A stretch of 64,000 bases of DNA, from IMG/VR virus record IMGVR_UViG_3300008111_001118; one strand, written 5' to 3'. Below the pieces are notes generated by a model that did not search any database, was not told the origin of the DNA, and saw only the letters and a program-made list of their open reading frames with translations. This document shows positions 54,123 to 62,214 of this stretch, piece by piece (the first letter of the stretch is position 1; every line of letters begins with the position of its first letter). The position numbers and the translations under genes are program-made. The stretch comes from a virus (lineage: Duplodnaviria; Heunggongvirae; Uroviricota; Caudoviricetes).

Positions 54123-54345
54123 ATATCACTGTTTACCGCGTGACTAGAAAACTTGCCATCAAAGCGGGATTTGTTAATTGCTTGTTAATCTCTGGGCTTC
54201 CCCGTTAATCTTCAAGTTCTTAACTGGTCTCGGACTGCAACTTTGATACCGTGTTTACTGATTGTGCAGTACTGTTCAAGTTAAACAACTTACACAATGT
54301 TCAACGCGGCTTTTCTAGCCCCTCGGAAAACAGTGATTATATTAA

Positions 54346-54421
54346 TGGTGGACCCTGCCGGGATCGAACCGGCGACATTATGCTTGCAAAGCATACGCTC
54401 TCCCAACTGAGCTAAGAGCCC
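54346..54421 (-). tRNA. tRNA-Ala(TGC)
   Basis: G3:U70 Ala identity pair present, anticodon stem TATGC/GCATA with loop TTTGCAA, CCA. Confidence 0.8.
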
Positions 54422-54427
54422 GTATAT

Positions 54428-54515
54428 TGGCGGAGCGTCTGGGAGTCGAACCCAGTCTACCCTTGCGGGTAGTGCAGATTAGCAATCTGGTGCCTTACCG
54501 TCCGGCCCACGCTCC
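54428..54515 (-). tRNA. tRNA-Ser(GCT), class II
   Basis: Acceptor GGAGCGT/ACGCTCC, anticodon loop TTGCTAA, long variable arm, CCA. Confidence 0.7.
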
Positions 54516-54522
54516 GTATATT

Positions 54523-54598
54523 TGGCTCCTCGTGCTGGGCTCGAACCAGCGACACTTTGATTAACAGTCAAATACTCTACCAACTGAGCTAACGAGGA
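54523..54598 (-). tRNA. tRNA-Asn(GTT)
   Basis: Acceptor TCCTCGT/ACGAGGA, anticodon stem TTTGA/TCAAA with loop CTGTTAA, CCA. Confidence 0.8.
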
Positions 54599-54978
54599 AC
54601 ACTAACTCTACTTACAGCTACACAGAAACTTAGCATAACGACCTCCGGACGGCCCTCTGCGAGTATATCTGTGTATGTGTAAATAAACTCTACTTACAAC
54701 TGCTAACGTGTAGGATTTGCACCTACAAGCGGACCGCCGTCCTATTTGCTACACCGCGTAGTTAAGCTGACTCGAACAGCACACCGCAACCCAACGGACC
54801 ACGGACTCGAACCGTGTTTACTTCTATTCATTAGCATGTGTAAGTAGAGTCATTCTCTACTTACCCCACAATTATCGACTTTCGTCTATGTAGGTGTTGT
54901 TTGAAGTTTCTAAACGAAACAAAACAACTGATCTAAATTTTCAAAGAGCGTGTAACTTGCGTTACTGTTTGTTTAGTT

Positions 54979-55008
54979 AACATAGCGTATATTTTTTACT
55001 GTGTCAAC
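54979..55008 (-). promoter_or_regulatory. sigma70-like promoter (TTGACA-N18-TATGTT) for the 13-tRNA operon and its structured leader
   Basis: Read from the sequence; copy 2 of the duplicated promoter-leader module; downstream leader shares UACACGCUCUUUGA with copy 1. Confidence 0.5.
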
Positions 55009-55119
55009 TGTTTTTTTCTTTTTTATTTTCGGAGCATCTAAACTGTTGTTCTTTGCGTCCTATGTATGTGTTATATAGTGTGTGCCTGTACTTGTCAACC
55101 GTCTTTTTGAACTACTAAT

Positions 55120-55152
55120 GAAAAAACCCTCCCAGTTTTGCTAGGAGGGTTT
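55120..55152 (-). terminator. strong bidirectional rho-independent terminator
   Basis: AAAAAACCCTCC-cagttttgcta-GGAGGGTTTT; on the minus strand the stem is followed by UUUUUU. Confidence 0.7.
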
Positions 55153-55329
55153 TGAAACTTTGCGAACTCGGTTTGTTCTTAGTCTCGTACCCCTCCAGAG
55201 CATAGGTCAACGCCTGGATTACTTGATCCGGCTGTCCATAACTGCACTGTTGTGGTCGAGAGTTTCATTGAACTTCTTTGTCCTTTGTTGTATTATATTT
55301 ATCTCTTTGAGACAAAAACTCAAATTTGG

Positions 55330-55713
55330 TTAACGCTTGTCTAGAGACTTTTGTACCAGTTGTTGATAGATAGCATGTAACACATCACTGTTGTCTTTGA
55401 TTTCATCTTTGTTTTGATAATCAACTAATTGGCGTTCTGCTAAGATATGTGTTGTATATTGGTACGGAAAACTTTTATCAGAATCTTCGCCCCAGTAACT
55501 GTGTTTATCTGCTTCGTTCAACAGGACATGTGCAGAAGCATAAATGCCGTCTTTACTGATGTCATATGCTATAGCAATATCACCAGTTGCTGATCCTGTT
55601 ATTTTTTTCTTTCTTCCTAAGACACCAATTGCAACACTTACGTTGTGCAGATTTTCTGACTCAACTGTGTTGTGGTCGTATGTAAAAGCGTAAAGTTTAA
55701 TATTTGCAGGCAT
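55330..55713 (-). CDS. hypothetical protein (127 aa)
   Basis: ORF. Confidence 0.45.
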   Translation of the reverse strand: MPANIKLYAFTYDHNTVESENLHNVSVAIGVLGRKKKITGSATGDIAIAYDISKDGIYASAHVLLNEADKHSYWGEDSDKSFPYQYTTHILAERQLVDYQNKDEIKDNSDVLHAIYQQLVQKSLDKR

Positions 55714-55768
55714 AGTGTTCCCCTTTAAACTACTTATCCAAGTAAGTCAACAATATTAATAAATTTGA

Positions 55769-56149
55769 TCAACTATAGTTGTAGTGGAAAGAACCAGTCC
55801 AATGAAATCCTGGAGGATTATCATTGCCTTCTGGATCAGTGAGTTTGTAAAGTACTTCTGGTACAAATTTTCCAGCACGGTCAAAAAACTCTACACGATC
55901 TAGTACCTCTGCGCCCATAGCATAATAGTCTCCAAAGTGTTCTTTGAACTCGTTAAGGGCACGTTCCTCCGGTGTGTTTTTAGTAGTTTTGTCAAATTGC
56001 CAACGCCCGTTTTCGTCAATATAACTCTTGTTTACATAGTCGTCCTGACGCGGGCTAGCACGAGTCACCATTGTCATTACAGTGCGACCTTCACCAGTAG
56101 CACCATAATCACAGAGTACGTATACGTTTGGATCTGTTTTTTCTTGCAT
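55769..56149 (-). CDS. hypothetical protein (126 aa)
   Basis: ORF. Confidence 0.45.
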   Translation of the reverse strand: MQEKTDPNVYVLCDYGATGEGRTVMTMVTRASPRQDDYVNKSYIDENGRWQFDKTTKNTPEERALNEFKEHFGDYYAMGAEVLDRVEFFDRAGKFVPEVLYKLTDPEGNDNPPGFHWTGSFHYNYS

Positions 56150-56150
56150 G

Positions 56151-56480
56151 TTATCCTCCAGTAGATGATCCTGTGCTTGGATTGTCGAAGTGTTGTACGC
56201 TGGTTAGTTTGGTTTTCCAATAGCCAAAGCCTGTGCCGGTTGTGCCATCGTCCCAGGTTTCTAGGGCATAGTAGTGTTCTAGCCAAACAGTGTGTCCGTC
56301 GTTTAGTTCAGTAGGACAAAATGCAAAGTACTTTACTACACGTCTGTCGCCTGTTTTTTGTTTGTCAGTTTTCCAACGCATCATCTTCATCCAATGTAAC
56401 CCATTTGGTTTCTTCATAGTAAGACATAAAGAAAGTATCGTTGTGATCAGGTTTTCCGTAAACCATAATCGCAGGGCCAT
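56151..56480 (-). CDS. hypothetical protein (109 aa)
   Basis: ORF; overlaps the next ORF, start uncertain. Confidence 0.35.
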   Translation of the reverse strand: MALRLWFTENLITTILSLCLTMKKPNGLHWMKMMRWKTDKQKTGDRRVVKYFAFCPTELNDGHTVWLEHYYALETWDDGTTGTGFGYWKTKLTSVQHFDNPSTGSSTGG

Positions 56481-56631
56481 CTGTATCTTCAGTAAGCCAG
56501 ATGTGATGGAAGATTAGGTCACTGGGCTGATCCAATTCTTCTGTTAGATGAGCAAGTTCTTGAGCGATCTTTTTACGCTGATTTTCTGTGAACTCAGGGT
56601 GTTCACTTTCCCATTCAATGTTGTGTGTCAT
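56365..56631 (-). CDS. hypothetical protein (88 aa)
   Basis: ORF. Confidence 0.35.
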   Translation of the reverse strand: MTHNIEWESEHPEFTENQRKKIAQELAHLTEELDQPSDLIFHHIWLTEDTDGPAIMVYGKPDHNDTFFMSYYEETKWVTLDEDDALEN

Positions 56632-56954
56632 TGTGAATTCTCTGCGGCTTCCATAATAAAGTCAATTGCATCGTTGATTACAAACTCGTTAAAGATGCCG
56701 TGATAGTTGTTCCAAATCTCAGCAGCAACCCAGTCCCATACTACAGCACCATCTTTCATGTAATGTGCTTGATTTTTACCAATAGTGCTGATAATCCAAA
56801 CTGCAAGACGGTGTACGTTTTCAAAATCACTCATTGATATTCTCCACAGTGTGTTCTCCAATTTCAATACGCACAATCTGATCAGGTGCATACCAAGTTT
56901 TATCAATTGTAATGCCTTTAGTAGCACGTTTGTCAAGCCACTCTCGAACGTCAT
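56628..56954 (-). CDS. hypothetical protein (108 aa)
   Basis: ORF. Confidence 0.35.
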   Translation of the reverse strand: MTFESGLTNVLLKALQLIKLGMHLIRLCVLKLENTLWRISMSDFENVHRLAVWIISTIGKNQAHYMKDGAVVWDWVAAEIWNNYHGIFNEFVINDAIDFIMEAAENSQ

Positions 56955-57156
56955 CTTCGAGATGAACTCGCATCATAAAATTGCCAAAACTCGCATCATC
57001 AAATTCGATAACGCGATTAAACGGCGTGTCCACGCCTTTGATGTAAATACGGAAGTTTTGTGTATAACGACGCAGTGGATCAGTTTCGTAACGTTTCTGA
57101 TCCTCAGTACGAGGATCCCACATCCATTTCAAAGTATCAAGCAGTTTCATCAGCAT
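56827..57156 (-). CDS. hypothetical protein (109 aa), first gene after a sigma70-like promoter
   Basis: TTGACA-N16-TATATT at 57175-57202 (minus) upstream. Confidence 0.4.
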   Translation of the reverse strand: MLMKLLDTLKWMWDPRTEDQKRYETDPLRRYTQNFRIYIKGVDTPFNRVIEFDDASFGNFMMRVHLEDDVREWLDKRATKGITIDKTWYAPDQIVRIEIGEHTVENINE

Positions 57157-57261
57157 TGCTCCTTGTATGTGTTTAATATACAGTATTTGTGTTAGTTGTC
57201 AATTAGATTAAAACGTGTAAGAACAAACATTTGCAATTTTGTTCTACAACCGGTCAAGAGA

Positions 57262-57288
57262 AAAGGGCCCTAAGGCCCTGATCTTTTT
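57262..57288 (-). terminator. rho-independent terminator (AGGGCC-ttag-GGCCCT plus U-run) fused to a TTGAC -35-like element
   Basis: Same GTCAAGAGAAAAGG-hairpin architecture as at 49966-50003. Confidence 0.5.
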
Positions 57289-58699
57289 ATTGCTTTACAG
57301 GAGTAGCAGCAACAGTTGGATCCACTTGCAGATCTTTGGCAGTCTTGATCATCAACATCTGCATAAAAGTATCTACAGTGCCCAGTGCATTACCTGCCGT
57401 TCCACCTTCGCCGCCAATCACAGTGGCAGGAACATTGATCTTGCTGGCAGCGTCTGCCCAAACTTTTTGTGCTTCTGTCCATGCAGCCAGTTTTTGTGCA
57501 AGAGCACCGTCAGCAAGTAGAATTGCTTCTTTGGCGTAGGCTTCAGCATCGGCAGCAACAGTTACGGCTTCGGCATCGATTCGCGCTCGGTCTAGATTGA
57601 TTGCAGCCGTTTGCTTGGCAATTTCTGCTTCTTCACGAACACGTTCTGCTTCAATCAGTGCCAATTTCTTGGTAGTTTCGGCATTAGTGGTCTTTTCAAT
57701 TTGCTCAACTTTTGCTTCTGCTTGACGCTTGGCAATATCAGTTTCACCTTGTTGGATAGCAAGCAAACGCTGTTCTTCCTGTTCAAGACGCTGTTCACGT
57801 GCTACAACTCGACGACTTGCTGCCTTCTTACGCTCGCCAATTTGACGTTCATATTCGTCATCAGGATCAATGTTTTCAAGAATAGCACTTGCTACAGTAA
57901 CACCAATTTCAGTAAAGTCGTGCGGTGTGCGAACATCATTACCAGCAGTGTCTGTAATTTTTTCCATCAACACTTTACGAACTTCAGTATCGCCTACGTC
58001 GCTGGTATCCTGTGCTACATCACTGTCACTAGCAGCAGCACGACTACGAATCACACCACCTGCTTGGTTAAGACTGATTTGACGAACTTGGGCACGACCT
58101 TTTTCAATTGCATCTTTGAATTCGCTCTTAAACTGGTCACGCTTACCGCCGCTGTAGTATTCTTCCATGGTAAACATGTTAGACACACTGTCAAGACTTG
58201 CAGTAACAGCAGGCTTTAGAGTAGTGTTAATCAGACGCTCGGGTGTACGGAAGGTACGTGCCATTTCAAGAAACTGTGCAGAGTCTTGCGGAATACCAAA
58301 GCGAGTAGTTTGAGTTACATCACCGGTCCAGTTGTCTGCTAGACGAACACGGTAGGGCTCTGCAATCGAACCTTGGAACACAGTGCCTGCATTTTCACCA
58401 GTTGCATCAAGAGTATGTGCTACAGTAATGTAATGCGGCCACGCAGTGCTAGTACCCCATCCTGCAAAATACCAACCGGTTTCGCAAGTTGAAGTTTCGT
58501 TACCAAAAATAGTTCGAGTGTGCTGGCAAAAACCAGCGTCGTTATAACCAACAGATCCGCCAAGGCTAAACACACCAGCCAAAGCAAACATTACAACAGA
58601 TCCAAGCGTTTTTACTTTGCGTAGCATAGGATCGACTGGAACAAACAGAACTGCAAAAGCACCAAGCAAGAACAGAACTCCAACAAAAATACCGAACAT
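57287..58699 (-). CDS. membrane protein (470 aa) with two N-terminal TM helices, SPFH/band-7-like region and long coiled coil
   Basis: Hydrophobic N-terminus, Ala/Glu/Gln-rich heptad region (REQRLEQEEQRLLAIQQ...); HflK/stomatin-like organisation. Confidence 0.4.
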   Translation of the reverse strand: MFGIFVGVLFLLGAFAVLFVPVDPMLRKVKTLGSVVMFALAGVFSLGGSVGYNDAGFCQHTRTIFGNETSTCETGWYFAGWGTSTAWPHYITVAHTLDATGENAGTVFQGSIAEPYRVRLADNWTGDVTQTTRFGIPQDSAQFLEMARTFRTPERLINTTLKPAVTASLDSVSNMFTMEEYYSGGKRDQFKSEFKDAIEKGRAQVRQISLNQAGGVIRSRAAASDSDVAQDTSDVGDTEVRKVLMEKITDTAGNDVRTPHDFTEIGVTVASAILENIDPDDEYERQIGERKKAASRRVVAREQRLEQEEQRLLAIQQGETDIAKRQAEAKVEQIEKTTNAETTKKLALIEAERVREEAEIAKQTAAINLDRARIDAEAVTVAADAEAYAKEAILLADGALAQKLAAWTEAQKVWADAASKINVPATVIGGEGGTAGNALGTVDTFMQMLMIKTAKDLQVDPTVAATPVKQ

Positions 58700-58735
58700 G
58701 TATATCTCCTTTTGTTACGGTGTCGTTTAAGTGTT

Positions 58736-58899
58736 TTATGTATACTTTAGTTTCTTCTTGAAGTCAAGAAGTTTTTGTTGATATTTGTCATAGTTGTCGA
58801 TATGATCTTGAACAGCATTTTCAACAACTCGGCAAACAACATAGATGCCACCAAACAGTGCAATGTTAGGCAACACATACCATAGAACGATTTCCAGCA
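58736..58899 (-). CDS. small membrane protein (54 aa; below the ORF-track cutoff)
   Basis: Manual translation MLEIVLWYVLPNIALFGGIYVVCRVV... with one TM helix. Confidence 0.3.
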
Positions 58900-58900
58900 T

Positions 58901-59449
58901 TTACTTAATCCTCAATTCTTCAATGTTAACGGGCGTGTAGTCAACGGCTTCTACACTCATATTGCGATATGGTCCTTCTGGACTAGGGTTTTGATGGATA
59001 TGTCCGTGGACATTAAGGAATGTCTTTTGAACTGTTCCTACATCACCTTCTGCAACAAAAACCCGTAAGTTGCTAGGATGAACAGGAACGTGTGTTAGTA
59101 GCAAGCCAAATTCAGAGAACATACGCCACATGTGAACTTTGGAGAAGAATCCGCCGCTGCTCAAATACTTGATGTCATCGTGATTGCCCACAATCAGCCG
59201 CTTTTGGCCATGCAGTTTAGGCCACAACTTTTGAAAGTATTCACGGTCGCCAAACATCACGTCACCCAAGTGATATACTTTGTCACCGGGTTTCACACGG
59301 CTGTTCCACTGTTCAACCATGTAGTCATCCATTTCCTTTACAGAGGAGAATCTAGCACCACGGACGAGTTTGCCAGTGGTGCTGTCTGTAAACGTTAGAA
59401 TATTTGCGTGATTGAAGTGTGTATCACTGATTACCCAAATATCACTCAT
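58901..59449 (-). CDS. calcineurin-like metallophosphoesterase (Ser/Thr phosphatase / phosphodiesterase family)
   Basis: ISDTHFNH, GDVMFGD, GNHD and HGHIH metal-binding motifs in canonical order. Confidence 0.7.
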   Translation of the reverse strand: MSDIWVISDTHFNHANILTFTDSTTGKLVRGARFSSVKEMDDYMVEQWNSRVKPGDKVYHLGDVMFGDREYFQKLWPKLHGQKRLIVGNHDDIKYLSSGGFFSKVHMWRMFSEFGLLLTHVPVHPSNLRVFVAEGDVGTVQKTFLNVHGHIHQNPSPEGPYRNMSVEAVDYTPVNIEELRIK

Positions 59450-59450
59450 G

Positions 59451-59939
59451 TTAATCTCCTTTTAGTTTGAACACACCAAGTACCAGTCTGCTTTCCGGTT
59501 GACGAATACCAGCACGAACTACCATTTCGTTGTTTTCGTTGTAGCGAATCAACCAGTTCAAGTAGTCAGTGCTCCACAGAGGAATGTTGGTAATACGCTG
59601 CAACATATCCTTAGGATAGTCATGCATTGCATATTGATCACCCAGATACTTTTTGTTCTTAAGATAAAAGAAAGTTTTTCTACGCTCAAAGTAATCTTTG
59701 GTAAGAGGCTTGAATGAGATCTCGTAATCTTTGCGAATGTCAGCAGGCAACTTTTTAATAGCACTCTCACGAATGATATAGTGCTTCTTGAGTTTGCCTT
59801 TGGCACGGCTTTTGAGATCACTCTTATGAGTCTGTTGCTGTTGATAGGTTAACATAGCAAACTCCTTTCTAATAAAATCTGCTTCTAGTTTCTCGTATTC
59901 TTCTTCTAGCATACTTTCGATATCTTTAAATGTCAACAT
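59451..59939 (-). CDS. hypothetical protein (162 aa)
   Basis: ORF. Confidence 0.45.
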   Translation of the reverse strand: MLTFKDIESMLEEEYEKLEADFIRKEFAMLTYQQQQTHKSDLKSRAKGKLKKHYIIRESAIKKLPADIRKDYEISFKPLTKDYFERRKTFFYLKNKKYLGDQYAMHDYPKDMLQRITNIPLWSTDYLNWLIRYNENNEMVVRAGIRQPESRLVLGVFKLKGD

Positions 59940-60612
59940 CTTTGTACTTTCCTTCTCGACTCCATTCGTCTAATACATCTGCAATTTCTAACATTGCTGC
60001 GGCTACTGCATGATTATCACCCCAATAACTGTAAACGTGAATGTTAATTCCCATAAGTATACCTCTCTATGATTCAACATACAACTCAATCACAGTTCTG
60101 TCAAGTCAGAACTTGCCTTAAATCCATTTTGAATTATTATAGTGTGATCAACGTAGTTGATCAGTTAAGTCTTTCGCAGGCTCAATCCTTAACATATTAT
60201 TCTTTTAGAGAGATTCTATCTAGATTTGGATTCACACTTAGCCTTCTTACAGGCTAAGGCAAGTAAGACTCTATCTGAGTTCTTTCATCACACTCATATT
60301 CAAAAACCTACTGTGTAAGGAAAAGGCGGTTGTGCTGTACCTTTTTACTTTGTGCTTAATTACAACGCGGATTCGCAAAACAATAATATGAGCAATTGTT
60401 TTGCTGTCTGTAGGTTCCAAACGTCAGGAGAGCCTACTCATTTTCTCCAGTCACGGAGACACGAATTACGGACTTACAAGGCGTGCGAGAACCACGCCAG
60501 GAACACCACCAGATCCAACCGCATCTGCGGGCTCAAGGTGACCTTACGGCTAAACTGTGCTGTATATAGCCTTTGCTTGCCTAGTTGTGCCTAATACTAA
60601 GACCGGACAATC

Positions 60613-60975
60613 TTAGTCGTTTCTTTTTGCCTTACAACGGTTGATGTATTCTTCTGCTTCATCTTTTGTATAGAACCAATGTTCTAGATGATGTTCGTCC
60701 TCGCCCGCCCACTCATCATAGATCTGTCCATCTGGATAGCGGAAATGGTATTCGGTGATACGATCTTCATCAAAACGAACATCGCCTTCTTCGATGTGTG
60801 TTACCTTGCCGCAATATTCGATAACGATGATGTTATATTCCCAATGATCTCGATCATACCGAAACCATTCAACACCATCAATTACAGTTTTGATTTTATT
60901 TTTTGTAAATGCATTGTTTTTTTCGTCGGCAATATAAACTTTATCGCCAAACTTTAAAGTGTTAAATTTGATCAT
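60613..60975 (-). CDS. hypothetical acidic protein (120 aa)
   Basis: ORF. Confidence 0.45.
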   Translation of the reverse strand: MIKFNTLKFGDKVYIADEKNNAFTKNKIKTVIDGVEWFRYDRDHWEYNIIVIEYCGKVTHIEEGDVRFDEDRITEYHFRYPDGQIYDEWAGEDEHHLEHWFYTKDEAEEYINRCKAKRND

Positions 60976-60986
60976 TTTAACTCCTA

Positions 60987-61400
60987 CTACTTTGTTTCCT
61001 TGGCAATCATTTTGTATCCGTTTCCTGTTGGATGTACACCGTCCTTGCTCATTGGATATGCCCTAGTATCTACGACACTGTCACCAAACTGTTTAGCAAT
61101 GACAAGTGCAGCATACCTAGATTCTTCGTTGTTTGCACTGAGAATCCAAATAACGTCACCCGAGATAAGTTCACGCAAGGCCAGCATTGGCCCATAGGAC
61201 TCTACGTAGCCATCATTGGAACCTAGACTAATAATGGTCTTTTTGGATTCAGTTAACACAAAATGTCTATACAAGCCGTTGGCATAATCCTCGGAATTGA
61301 TACCCGATTTAGCCTGCACAACACATTCTGGCCGCATCTGGCCGATGCCAACTGCAATACTATCGCCTAAAATCAAACATTCAATCATTGTTATCTCCAA
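60987..61400 (-). CDS. minimal SGNH/GDSL-type hydrolase (137 aa)
   Basis: Block I LILGDSIAVG, block III LGSNDG, block V DGVHPT. Confidence 0.55.
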   Translation of the reverse strand: MEITMIECLILGDSIAVGIGQMRPECVVQAKSGINSEDYANGLYRHFVLTESKKTIISLGSNDGYVESYGPMLALRELISGDVIWILSANNEESRYAALVIAKQFGDSVVDTRAYPMSKDGVHPTGNGYKMIAKETK

Positions 61401-61728
61401 TTAAATTAGACTCTTTGACCGTCTTAAATCGTTCATGATATTCTCGGTCATCAAACGTTTTCTTGTATTGCTCTGCACCAAGGTTGATCAAGTATTCAAC
61501 GTGAGCAAGATCACAGTTGGCAGAGGGTTCCTTCAAGTAAGCCAAGTTCCAGCCGTGCCGGTGAACGCAACGACCATAGTAGAGAGCATACCCGTCGCCA
61601 TGCAGTTCGATGGTGTATTGCGGTTCACAAGCACAAGGCTTCAACAGTGTTTCCCAGTCAGTCATAGCATTACTCCTAATACGATTCCAAAAGCAAACAC
61701 AAGACCTATAGCACTGATCACATACCAA
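61381..61728 (-). CDS. hypothetical Cys/His-rich protein (115 aa)
   Basis: ORF. Confidence 0.4.
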   Translation of the reverse strand: MVCDQCYRSCVCFWNRIRSNAMTDWETLLKPCACEPQYTIELHGDGYALYYGRCVHRHGWNLAYLKEPSANCDLAHVEYLINLGAEQYKKTFDDREYHERFKTVKESNLIGDNND

Positions 61729-61791
61729 AATGCTGGACCTAAAATCATACCAGCAGCATAGAAAACAAAGTAAGGAAACTCAATAATTTTT

Positions 61792-62214
61792 TTAATCATG
61801 GTCATAAGCCTTCAAAAAGTTTTCCATATACTTGCGAATGTTCTCTGCTCCTACGGGATTCATACTATGAACATGATATCCAAATCCCACAGGCAACCGT
61901 AGTTTGTTATCCATCACATGGTCACAAAACCATTTGGCAAAGGTGTAGCCAGTTTTCTCGCCTGTGTCTTTTTCGTAATGTTCGTCTGCCAAGTCATGGT
62001 CAAAACTGATCATAGTGGGCAAGCCATACTTTTCCACACACCAAACAGCATCATCCATGCTGCGGCAGATCACTACGTTTTTGTAAGGTCCGTAGTTGTA
62101 ACGCACATCACCGGGGAAGCGAATGTCATCTAAAAACAGTGTCCAGGTCATTTTACATTCCCATCCAAGCAGCACATTCATCCCAACGAACGTTGGTAGT
62201 GATTGACTTTTCAA
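61792..62214 (-). CDS. hypothetical protein (140 aa)
   Basis: ORF. Confidence 0.45.
   Translation of the reverse strand: MKSQSLPTFVGMNVLLGWECKMTWTLFLDDIRFPGDVRYNYGPYKNVVICRSMDDAVWCVEKYGLPTMISFDHDLADEHYEKDTGEKTGYTFAKWFCDHVMDNKLRLPVGFGYHVHSMNPVGAENIRKYMENFLKAYDHD

Noticed and set aside
54780-54825. Possible additional tRNA at the tandem TTCGAGT T-arm-like hairpins
   Set aside because: No D-arm, anticodon arm or acceptor stem can be built around either T-arm-like hairpin. I kept it as tRNA relics or processing motifs in the leader finding and did not call a tRNA.
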